DNA from: Myxococcales bacterium
GTDB taxonomy: Bacteria > Myxococcota_A > SURF-8
Direction: 5' to 3'
DNA length: 64,000 nucleotides
Assembly: GCA_003598065.1 (NCBI GenBank)
Contig: QZKR01000057.1
Coordinates: forward strand, 7,911 to 71,910
Within the stretch, counting starts at the first letter, position 1. The number at the start of each line of letters is the position of its first letter. Shown here one piece after another: positions 26,401 to 35,910 of the stretch. A program made the translations under genes and the position numbers. The notes beneath the pieces were generated by a model. It searched no databases. It had not been told where the DNA came from and saw nothing but the letters and a program-made list of their open reading frames with translations.

Positions 26401-27945
26401 ATGATCGGACGGATGACCGTATTGTGGGCGGTGCTTCTGGGATTATGTTCCTCTTCGGCGTTCGCCGCCTGGACCTCGGGCGAGACCAGCATGACGCGGC
26501 TGACGCCCGACGAGCGCGCCCTGCGCCTCAACCCCAACCTTCCCGCGCCGGTCCCCGGCGTCGATTTCGATCCGGCGGCTCCGCCGCCGCCCGCGCCGCG
26601 CGCTTTTCCGGCCTATTTCAACTGGCGCGACAAGGATGGCCGAGACTGGACCACGCCCGTCCGCAGCCAGGGCGGCTGCGGTTCCTGCTGGGCCTTCGGT
26701 TCGCTGGCGGCGCTGGAAGCGGCGATCAACATCTACGTCGGCGACGCCGATTTCGATTACGATCTCTCCGAGCAGGCGATGGTTTCCTGCGGGTTGGGAA
26801 GCTGCGACTACGGCGGCTTCGCCGAGGAGGTGATGTACAACCTGAAGAACGTCGGCATCCCCGACGAGGCCTGCCACCCTTACGAGGAAAGCGAGGGCGA
26901 CTGCAACGACCGTTGCTCCGACTGGGCGGCGCGGGCGGTGAAAATCGACGCCTGGGGGCCGCTCTACGGCGGACTCTGGGAGGATCAGATCAAAGAGAAG
27001 CTGCTGCTCGGCCCGTTGGCCGTGACGATGCAGGTCTACGACGATTTCTACGGCTACCGTTCCGGCGTCTACGCGCACGACGGCTGCGCGCTGGCCTCCA
27101 ACCACATCGTGCTGCTGATCGGCTGGAACGACGCCAACGGCTCGTGGATCGCCAAAAATTCCTGGGACACCGACTGGGGCGACGACGGCTTTTTCGAAAT
27201 CAAGCGCGGCTCCTCCTGCTTCGCGCTTTCCGCTTACTGGTTGACGGTCAACCCGATGACGATCCCCACGGCGACCAAAAAGTTATGCGGCGACGCGCCG
27301 GCCATTGAACTGTTTGCCGAGGCGGGGCAGAGCGACGGCGACGAGGAAACCTTCACGCTTTCCAATTGCGGGCCGCAGGCGGTGAACTGGTCGGCCGAAT
27401 ACGACGCGCTGCTGTTGGACGTGTCGCCCGACGCCGGACACCTGGAAGCCGGCGAGACGGCGCGGGTCGCGATCAAGGTGGATGCGGCCGCGCTCGATCC
27501 CGGCACGACGACGCTGCCGCTCATCTTTCACATCGAACCGGAAGGCGGGGCGCTGCCGGTGGATGTGAACGTCCATGTCGCGCCGGCCGCCGAGGACGGC
27601 GATGTCCCCGACGGCGACGAGGCGGCGGATGGCGATGCAATCGTTTCCGACGGCGACGCCGATCTAATTATCGACGGCGACGACGCCCCGGCGGATGGAG
27701 ACGCGGCCGAAGACGGCGACGCGAGCGGCGACGAGCCGGCCGCCGACGGCGACGCCCCCTTGCCTGACGGCGACAACGGCCCGGACGGTTCCAATGACGG
27801 CGACGCCGACACGACGCCAAACCCGGATGACGTCATCGACGCCGGCTCGGCGCCCGACGACTCCGGCTGCGCCGCGCAGGCGGCGACCGCCTGGTGGTTG
27901 TTGCTGGCCGCATTGCCTCTGTGGCGACGCGTGAGACGGCGATGA
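26401..27945 (+). CDS. Secreted papain-family (C1) cysteine peptidase with acidic DGD tail and Cys+TM+Arg C-terminal sorting signal
   Basis: Signal peptide ..SSSAFA-AW. Catalytic motifs QGGCGSCWAFGS, NHIVLLIGW and NSWDTDWGDDGFF. A tail of D-G-D repeats follows, ending in SGCAAQAATAWWLLLAALPLWRRVRRR. Confidence 0.88.
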   Translation: MIGRMTVLWAVLLGLCSSSAFAAWTSGETSMTRLTPDERALRLNPNLPAPVPGVDFDPAAPPPPAPRAFPAYFNWRDKDGRDWTTPVRSQGGCGSCWAFGSLAALEAAINIYVGDADFDYDLSEQAMVSCGLGSCDYGGFAEEVMYNLKNVGIPDEACHPYEESEGDCNDRCSDWAARAVKIDAWGPLYGGLWEDQIKEKLLLGPLAVTMQVYDDFYGYRSGVYAHDGCALASNHIVLLIGWNDANGSWIAKNSWDTDWGDDGFFEIKRGSSCFALSAYWLTVNPMTIPTATKKLCGDAPAIELFAEAGQSDGDEETFTLSNCGPQAVNWSAEYDALLLDVSPDAGHLEAGETARVAIKVDAAALDPGTTTLPLIFHIEPEGGALPVDVNVHVAPAAEDGDVPDGDEAADGDAIVSDGDADLIIDGDDAPADGDAAEDGDASGDEPAADGDAPLPDGDNGPDGSNDGDADTTPNPDDVIDAGSAPDDSGCAAQAATAWWLLLAALPLWRRVRRR

Positions 27946-28949
27946 ATCCGGGGCTGTTCGACGCAACCGGCAAGCCGGCCTTCGGCGCTTACGGCGGCGA
28001 AATCGCCGACCTGAACCTTCAAGCCTGGAAACCGGCCTGGCCCTGGGCTCTGCGCCGGCTGCGCGCCAAACGCTGGCGCTTCGTGGGCCTCTATGCGCCG
28101 TCGGTCATCGTCGGCGCGGCGGTGGTCGATTCGGGCTACGTCGGCACGGCCTTCGTCTACGCCTGGGACCGCGAGTCGAAACGGCTCGCCGAGTTCAAGG
28201 CGATGAGCCCCCTGGCCCGGGCGATGCGGATTTCCGATCACGCGACGCATGGCGAAGCGCGCGTCGTCATCGGCGATGCCGAAGTTTCCATTCACTATAC
28301 AGAGCAGGGCGACCGGCTGGAGGTGGACGTCCCGGTGGCGGGCGGCCGGCTGATGATCGAGGCGAGCTTCGATTCCTCGCGTTCCGCCGGCGAACCGCAC
28401 CAGATCGTTTCCCCCACGCCCGGCGGGCGCTTCGCCTTCACCCACAAAATCGCCGCGCTGCCCGCCGAGGCGACGGTTCGCGCCCCGTTCGGCGAGCGGC
28501 GGCTTACGCGCGGTCAGTGCTTCGCCGCCATCGATCATACCGCCGGCTTCCACGACTACCGCTGGGAGTGGCGTTGGACCTCGCTGGGGGGTCTATCGCG
28601 CAACGGCCAGCGCGTCGGCCTCAACCTCGTTGCGCCGACGCCGCATCCGACGATCACCGAGAACGCCCTGTGGGTGGACGGCCGCCGTTATCCCGTCAGC
28701 CAGGCGAATTTCGATTTCGACCGCGCGGCGATCCTCTCGCCCTGGCATATTTCCACCGCCGACGGCGCGGTGGATCTCGTCTTCACGCCCGAAGGCGAGC
28801 GCGCCGAGACGATCGAAGCGGGCCTCGTGATGAGCCGTTTCCACCAGCCCTTCGGCGCTTTCTCGGGCAGACTTAAGCCCCCGGACGGGCCGGCGCTCGA
28901 ACTCGTCGCCGTTCCCGGCGTCTGCGAGGACCACGCCGCGCGCTGGTAG
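27942..28949 (+). CDS. DUF2804-like protein
   Basis: ORF 27894-28949 trimmed to ATG 27942, which overlaps the peptidase stop (ATGA). The family call is from memory only. Confidence 0.5.
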   Translation: MNPGLFDATGKPAFGAYGGEIADLNLQAWKPAWPWALRRLRAKRWRFVGLYAPSVIVGAAVVDSGYVGTAFVYAWDRESKRLAEFKAMSPLARAMRISDHATHGEARVVIGDAEVSIHYTEQGDRLEVDVPVAGGRLMIEASFDSSRSAGEPHQIVSPTPGGRFAFTHKIAALPAEATVRAPFGERRLTRGQCFAAIDHTAGFHDYRWEWRWTSLGGLSRNGQRVGLNLVAPTPHPTITENALWVDGRRYPVSQANFDFDRAAILSPWHISTADGAVDLVFTPEGERAETIEAGLVMSRFHQPFGAFSGRLKPPDGPALELVAVPGVCEDHAARW

Positions 28950-28953
28950 GCGT

Positions 28954-30291
28954 CTAAGCGGAAAGCCTCATTTTCCCAAGCAACCGTTCCAGCATTTCGT
29001 CAAGCAGCCGGATGTCCTCGGCCGTCACGGACAGGTTCGGCCGCAGGCGGATCGTGGCGCGGCCGGCGGTCAGGAGGAGAAGCGATTCCTCCTCCAGGGC
29101 GAACTCGGCGAGTTGAGCGGCCGTGAACGGCGCCTTGAGGCTGAACCCTTGATACAGCCCCATGCCGCGCACATTGGTCAGCATGTCCGGGAAGCGGGCG
29201 GTGAGAGCTTTCAGCAGACGGACAAGCAGCGCCGTTTTCTCCGGCGTCTGCTCGATGAGCCTCTCCTCGCGTACGATCTCCATCTCGCGGACGAAACGCA
29301 CCATGTCGGCCAGACTGCCGCCCCAGGTGGAGTCGAGCACGTTGCGGTCGGTCATGGGATAAAGCATGTAGACGACGCCGTTGCCGAGCTTCTTGCCCGT
29401 CGCGATCGCCTGCGGGGGAAAAGGGAGATCGAACTGATCGACGGCGAAAAACGTCCCCGTCTGGCCGCCGGCGGTCTGCACCTCGTCGAAACCGAGATTG
29501 ACGCGGTGCTCGTGGGCCAGCCGGGAGAGGCCGCGGAAAAATTCCGCTTCGGCCACGCGGTGGCCGCCGGCTCCCTGGATCGGCTCGACGATGATCCCGA
29601 CCACCTCCTCGCCGTATCTCCGGAGACATTTTTCGACGACATCCAGCGCCTCTGCGGTGCGCGCGGCGTTGGCTTCGGCGGGACCGGAAGCGTCGATGGC
29701 GGGGAAATCGAGGCGGATATTGCCCGGCACGATGCCGTGGAAATCCTTGGTGAGCACGAGGTTGTGGGAGAGCTGCGTCACGTTGAGCGCGAAGACCGTG
29801 CGGCCGTGGAAAGCCTGGTCGAAGTAGAGAAAGCGGCGCAAGGCGCTGGGACGGGAACGGCCGGGGTCCTCGGTGTTGTAGAGGTTGATGAAATACTTCA
29901 TCATGTTTTCGACGGCTTCGGCCCCGGAGTTGACGACGTAAGCCTCCAGCCGCGCATTCTTCATGCACTGCGGCGCGACGCGGTGCAGTTCGCGATAGTA
30001 GGCGACGCAGTCCGGCGTCAGGTAGTCGGGGTTGGCCGTTTTGTTGTTGGCGGCGGTGAGCAGACGTTTCTGATAGGCCGGATCGGCGAGCCCCGGGTGA
30101 TTGTGGCCGATCAGTTTCGAGCCGAAATAGCCGGCCCAGTCGAAGATTTCCTGGCCGTCTACGGTGGCCAGCCGCATCCCGTGCGAGCGCTCCAGGTCAA
30201 GCACGAACGGGAACGGTTCGGCGATCACGTAGCGCGCCAGCTCGTCGAGGTAGGCGGCGCTCTTCGGGCCGGGGAAACGGGACGTCGTCAT
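28954..30291 (-). CDS. Class-III aminotransferase, L-lysine 6-transaminase-like
   Basis: 445 aa. The N-terminal segment FVLDLERSHGMRLATVDGQEIFDWAGYFGSKLIGHNHP resembles LAT-type enzymes. The core is PLP fold type I. Confidence 0.65.
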   Translation of the reverse strand: MTTSRFPGPKSAAYLDELARYVIAEPFPFVLDLERSHGMRLATVDGQEIFDWAGYFGSKLIGHNHPGLADPAYQKRLLTAANNKTANPDYLTPDCVAYYRELHRVAPQCMKNARLEAYVVNSGAEAVENMMKYFINLYNTEDPGRSRPSALRRFLYFDQAFHGRTVFALNVTQLSHNLVLTKDFHGIVPGNIRLDFPAIDASGPAEANAARTAEALDVVEKCLRRYGEEVVGIIVEPIQGAGGHRVAEAEFFRGLSRLAHEHRVNLGFDEVQTAGGQTGTFFAVDQFDLPFPPQAIATGKKLGNGVVYMLYPMTDRNVLDSTWGGSLADMVRFVREMEIVREERLIEQTPEKTALLVRLLKALTARFPDMLTNVRGMGLYQGFSLKAPFTAAQLAEFALEEESLLLLTAGRATIRLRPNLSVTAEDIRLLDEMLERLLGKMRLSA

Positions 30292-30481
30292 GGCGGCACC
30301 TCAAAGGCGGAAAACCCCGGAAAAGAAACGCTCTTCCGGGCGCGGCCGCCATTGTAAAGGCGGCGCTGGCGGGCGGTCAAGACGCCGCGCCTTTTTCGCC
30401 GCGCGGGCGGGTCGATCCGGGTTTTCAAGGTTTCAAGGGAAGCGCCGGTTGTTTTAACAAATGAAATGTCCGTTTTTTTGA

Positions 30482-32080
<1,599 letters not shown>

Positions 32081-32093
32081 TCGCGCCAGCGAA

Positions 32094-32128
32094 ACGGGCC
32101 GGGCCGAGCGTCCGGCCCGTCGAGTTTT
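32094..32128 (+). terminator. GC-rich hairpin with short T tract between guaB and guaA (attenuator or weak terminator)
   Basis: ACGGGCCGG-gccgagcgt-CCGGCCCGT forms a 9-bp stem and is followed by cgagTTTTc. Confidence 0.4.
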
Positions 32129-32150
32129 CAGGCTGCAAACAGGTGACGTC

Positions 32151-33710
32151 ATGGCCGCGCACGAATTGGTTCTCGTCCTCGATTTCGGATCGCAGTACAC
32201 GCAGCTGATCGCCCGCCGCGTCCGCGAGTTGAAGGCGTACTGCGAGATCCATCCCTGCACGGTGGATGTGGAGTTCATCCGCTCCAGGTCGCCCAAGGCG
32301 ATCGTGCTCTCCGGCGGTCCCGCGAGCCTCACGGACCCTGGCGCGCCGCGCGCCCCGGAGGGGCTTTGGTCGCTGGACGTACCGATGCTGGGCATCTGCT
32401 ACGGCATGCAGCTGATGGCGCACCACATGGGCGGCGAGGTGAAAAAAGCGGCGCGGCGCGAGTACGGCCACGCGACGATCGCCGTCGAGGCGCAAAGCGC
32501 CTTCTTCGCCGGCGTGGCGCAAGGGCAGGGGGGCGCGAAGCGCGACGTACAGGTCTGGATGAGCCACGGCGATCAGGTGGCCAGGCTGCCCGAGGGTTTC
32601 CGCGCCATCGGCGAAACGGCCAACTGCCCCGTCGCCGCGATGGAAAAAGACGGCCGGCTGTTCGGCGTCCAGTTCCACCCCGAGGTGAGCCATACGCCCG
32701 AGGGCATGACGATGCTCGCCAATTTCGTCTACAAGGTCGCCGGTTGCCGCGGCGACTGGACGACGGAGAGCTTCATCGAGGAGTCGGTGCAGAGGCTCCG
32801 CGCGCAAATCGGGCAAGGCAAAGTGGTGCTCGGGCTTTCGGGCGGCGTCGATTCGGCCGTCGCCGCCGCGCTTCTGTCCCGCGCCATCGGCGGACAGCTG
32901 ACCTGCATCCTCGTGGACAACGGGTTGTTGCGCAAGAACGAGGCGGCCGAGGTGGCGGCCGTGTTCCGCAACCAGTTCGACGCCCACCTGATCGTCGCCG
33001 ACGCAAGCGAGAGTTTTCTGAGTGAGTTGGCGGGCGCCGTGGACCCGGAGGCGAAACGCAAAATCATCGGCCGGCTGTTTATCGAGGTTTTCGAAGCCGA
33101 GGCGAAAAAACTCGGCGCGATCGAATACTTGGGGCAAGGAACGATCTACCCCGACGTCATCGAGTCCACCTCGTTCAAGGGTCCTTCGGCGACGATCAAG
33201 AGCCATCACAACGTCGGCGGCCTGCCGGCGCGGATGAACATGAAACTCATCGAGCCCTTGCGCGAGCTGTTCAAGGATGAAGTGCGCAAGATCGGCCTGG
33301 CGCTCGGCTTGCCGGAATCGCTCGTCATGCGCCATCCCTTCCCCGGGCCGGGTCTGGCCGTGCGCGTCTTGGGCGAAGTGACCCGGGAGCGTTGCGACCT
33401 TTTGCGGGAAGCCGACCACATCTACATCGAAGAAATCCGCCGCGCCGGCTGGTACGACCGGATCGCCCAGGCGTTTTGCGTGCTTCTGCCCGTGAAAGCG
33501 GTGGGCGTGATGGGCGACGAACGGACGCACGAGAACGTGCTGGCCCTGCGGGCCGTCAACACGCTCGATTTCATGACCGCCGACTGGACGCGCCTCCCCT
33601 ACGACCTCTTGGCCCGCATCTCCAACCGCATCATCAACGAAGTGCGCGGCATCAACCGCGTCGTCTACGACGTTTCCTCCAAACCGCCGGCGACGATCGA
33701 ATGGGAATGA
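32151..33710 (+). CDS. guaA: GMP synthase (glutamine-hydrolysing)
   Basis: 519 aa with the GATase motif LGICYGMQL and the ATP-PPase motif [11 protein letters not shown]. Confidence 0.97.
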   Translation: MAAHELVLVLDFGSQYTQLIARRVRELKAYCEIHPCTVDVEFIRSRSPKAIVLSGGPASLTDPGAPRAPEGLWSLDVPMLGICYGMQLMAHHMGGEVKKAARREYGHATIAVEAQSAFFAGVAQGQGGAKRDVQVWMSHGDQVARLPEGFRAIGETANCPVAAMEKDGRLFGVQFHPEVSHTPEGMTMLANFVYKVAGCRGDWTTESFIEESVQRLRAQIGQGKVVLGLSGGVDSAVAAALLSRAIGGQLTCILVDNGLLRKNEAAEVAAVFRNQFDAHLIVADASESFLSELAGAVDPEAKRKIIGRLFIEVFEAEAKKLGAIEYLGQGTIYPDVIESTSFKGPSATIKSHHNVGGLPARMNMKLIEPLRELFKDEVRKIGLALGLPESLVMRHPFPGPGLAVRVLGEVTRERCDLLREADHIYIEEIRRAGWYDRIAQAFCVLLPVKAVGVMGDERTHENVLALRAVNTLDFMTADWTRLPYDLLARISNRIINEVRGINRVVYDVSSKPPATIEWE

Positions 33711-33756
33711 GGCCGAAGTCGGGCGAGCGACTAAAAAATAATCATAAAATTTTCTG

Positions 33757-33785
33757 TTGACAACGTTTAGCGATCTAATTAAGGT
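33757..33785 (+). promoter_or_regulatory. Possible promoter TTGACA-17-TAAGGT at the start of the AT-rich island
   Basis: TTGACA at 33757-33762 and TAAGGT at 33780-33785, about 190 nt before ATG 33974. Confidence 0.35.
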
Positions 33786-33973
33786 AAAAACACTCATCCT
33801 GAATAACAGAATTACTCTGAAATCATTTCAATTCAAATCGGGAGTATTGAAATGCCCTCACAATCGTGGGGCCAGCGATCTTCTCTTGCGCCTTCGCAAA
33901 AACCCGCATCAAGCACGAGCACTAAAAATACGCCAGCCGAGCAAGTTCTTCAGAGAAGAAGCGAGGAAATAAC

Positions 33974-35812
33974 ATGAAACACGTCACCTTTCAATTGATG
34001 GTCCTTGCGGTGGTTCTAGCTTTTGTGGGTGCCTGCACGTCGAGCACAATCATCAGCAACGGCTCGGATGACGACACGCTGCCGGAGGGCGATGGCGCAT
34101 CCGAGAGTGACGAATCTATGGACGGCGATGTGTCCGGCGATGGTGAAAATTTTGAGGATGGCGACATCGTCGAGGACGGCGACTTTCCCGACGATGGAGA
34201 CACATCCGAAGAGGACGGTATTTCAGAGGATGGGGATTTCCCCGAGGATGGTGATTTAGATGATGGAGATGAAGAGATTCCCTTGTCTCCAGGCTTTGTT
34301 TCGATCACTGCCGGGTCGTTCTGGATGGGATCGCCTGACGGAAATTGCCCAGAAGGTTACCCGGGAGAATGCATCAACGAATTGGGAAGAGACTCCGCGG
34401 TAGAGGCGTTGCACAAAGTGGAGCTAACGCAAGATTTTGAGATATCGAAATATGAGACGCTCCAAAGCCAGTTTAAGGAAGTCATGAAGTGGAATCCCAG
34501 TCTCATTTCGGAGTGCGGGCCGAATTGCCCTGTGGAAACGGTGACGTGGTACGATGCGCTCGCATTTTGCAATCAACTATCAGGAACTACATGGGGGAAA
34601 TGCTATACTTTCTCCAACGTAAGATGCAATGATGACACCCAAGTAGGCTCAGACTATACGGCCTGCCTAAATAAACTCCAAAGAGGAATCAAATATGCCG
34701 CCGTTTCGCTGAATGGCGCCTCCAGACCGCAGGATTGCGAAGGGTACCGCCTTCCAACGGAAGCGGAATGGGAATATGCGGCCCGCGCAGAAACGGTGAC
34801 GGCGTTTTACAGCGGTGGGATTGCCCATGTCGGATGCGAGTCTGATTCTAATTTGGATGCGATCGGCTGGTACTGTGCGAATAGTGGGATAGACTATAGC
34901 GAAACCGGCTGCGAAGATTTAAGCGAACAGGGTGGCCCCGATTGTGCAGGCACACACCCTGCCGGCGGCAAATCCCCGAACGCTTGGGGTGTGTACGATA
35001 TGAGCGGAAACGTCGCCGAATGGGTTTGGGATCCGTTCTGCCCCGACTATGAAACTTATTCCAGCCAAAACCCTGACGGGAGTTTATGCCAAGAGCTATC
35101 CCTTCGTAGCCTTCGTAGCGGTATTTGGACTGCCGGCGCGGAGTTATCTCGATCAGCTTTTCGAGTCGGCCTCCCCCCTGAGCGCAGTGACTTAAAATTC
35201 GGCTTCCGTGTGGCAAGGTCATTGATAGGGATGCCGGACGGAGATGCGGATTCGATTGATGATGAGATTGATTCGGAGCCAGAATCCGATCCTCCTGAGT
35301 TTCAGCCATTGTCTTGCTCTGAAGGTGTCTGCACCGACCCACTCACGGGGTTGCAATGGCAGCAATTCCCGACGGGCACGGTCTGGAATTGGCCCGATGC
35401 AATCAGATATTGCAACGACTTGACTTTCGCCGGAGGCGGGTGGGTTTTGCCGAATATCAGTGAATTACGTTCCATCATCCGGGGATGCCTTCCTATCGAA
35501 ACCAATGGCGTTTGCAATGTAGTCGATTCATGCTTGCCTTGCGGCATGGAGGCCGGTGAAAGCTGCATTGGTTATGCGTGCTGGGAAGAAAGCTTTTGCA
35601 ATCCTCCCAGTTGTCCAGATATCTACGAACCCGACGAATGCTACTGGCCCATTGAACTTGAAGGGGTTTGCACAGGCTTTTACTCGGCCTCAAGGGCCAA
35701 CACGGAAGACAATTACCATCCGTGGTTCGTCTATTTCGACGAAGGGAAAATAGATTCAGAGATTCCCGCATGGTGGGATCCTGTACCGCCTAATGTACGT
35801 TGCGTGAGATAG
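33974..35812 (+). CDS. Lipoprotein: acidic DGD linker + FGE-sulfatase (formylglycine-generating-enzyme/C-type-lectin fold) domain + DUF1566-like domain
   Basis: Lipobox FVGAC. Linker EDGDIVEDGDFPDDGDTSEEDGISEDGDFPEDGD. FGE-type segments are FVSITAGSFWMGSP, GYRLPTEAEWEYAAR and YDMSGNVAEWVWD. The C-terminal segment GLQWQQ..WPDAIRYCNDL..GGWVLPNISELRSI is DUF1566-like. Confidence 0.8.
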   Translation: MKHVTFQLMVLAVVLAFVGACTSSTIISNGSDDDTLPEGDGASESDESMDGDVSGDGENFEDGDIVEDGDFPDDGDTSEEDGISEDGDFPEDGDLDDGDEEIPLSPGFVSITAGSFWMGSPDGNCPEGYPGECINELGRDSAVEALHKVELTQDFEISKYETLQSQFKEVMKWNPSLISECGPNCPVETVTWYDALAFCNQLSGTTWGKCYTFSNVRCNDDTQVGSDYTACLNKLQRGIKYAAVSLNGASRPQDCEGYRLPTEAEWEYAARAETVTAFYSGGIAHVGCESDSNLDAIGWYCANSGIDYSETGCEDLSEQGGPDCAGTHPAGGKSPNAWGVYDMSGNVAEWVWDPFCPDYETYSSQNPDGSLCQELSLRSLRSGIWTAGAELSRSAFRVGLPPERSDLKFGFRVARSLIGMPDGDADSIDDEIDSEPESDPPEFQPLSCSEGVCTDPLTGLQWQQFPTGTVWNWPDAIRYCNDLTFAGGGWVLPNISELRSIIRGCLPIETNGVCNVVDSCLPCGMEAGESCIGYACWEESFCNPPSCPDIYEPDECYWPIELEGVCTGFYSASRANTEDNYHPWFVYFDEGKIDSEIPAWWDPVPPNVRCVR

Positions 35813-35859
35813 GGGCTAAAACGCTTTAGCTTGAACATTATGTGAAAAGGAGAACCTAC

Positions 35860-35910
35860 ATGCGTCGCTTATTTGTGGTGGCACTTTTCTGTTTCCAGCA
35901 TTCCTTTTGA
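35860..35910 (+). other. 16-codon ORF MRRLFVVALFCFQHSF* with strong RBS: an apparently detached lipoprotein signal peptide of the next gene
   Basis: AAGGAG lies 7 nt before ATG 35860. The ORF stops at TGA 35908-35910, inside the T4 run at 35905-35908. One extra T would read ..QHSFLIGCFDII, giving a lipobox LIGC in frame with ORF 35907. Confidence 0.55.

Noticed and set aside
33757-33972. 71-aa TTG-initiated ORF at the island border; likewise 23074-23295 in the mraZ/RSH intergenic region
   Set aside because: Both lack an RBS and use a non-ATG or poorly placed start. Their low-complexity or odd composition lies in AT-rich intergenic DNA that is better explained as promoter or leader sequence.
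33974-35812. Diversity-generating retroelement target, because FGE/C-type-lectin-fold and DUF1566 domains are frequent DGR variable proteins
   Set aside because: There is no reverse transcriptase gene. I could see no template repeat resembling the 3' end of either domain anywhere in the window.
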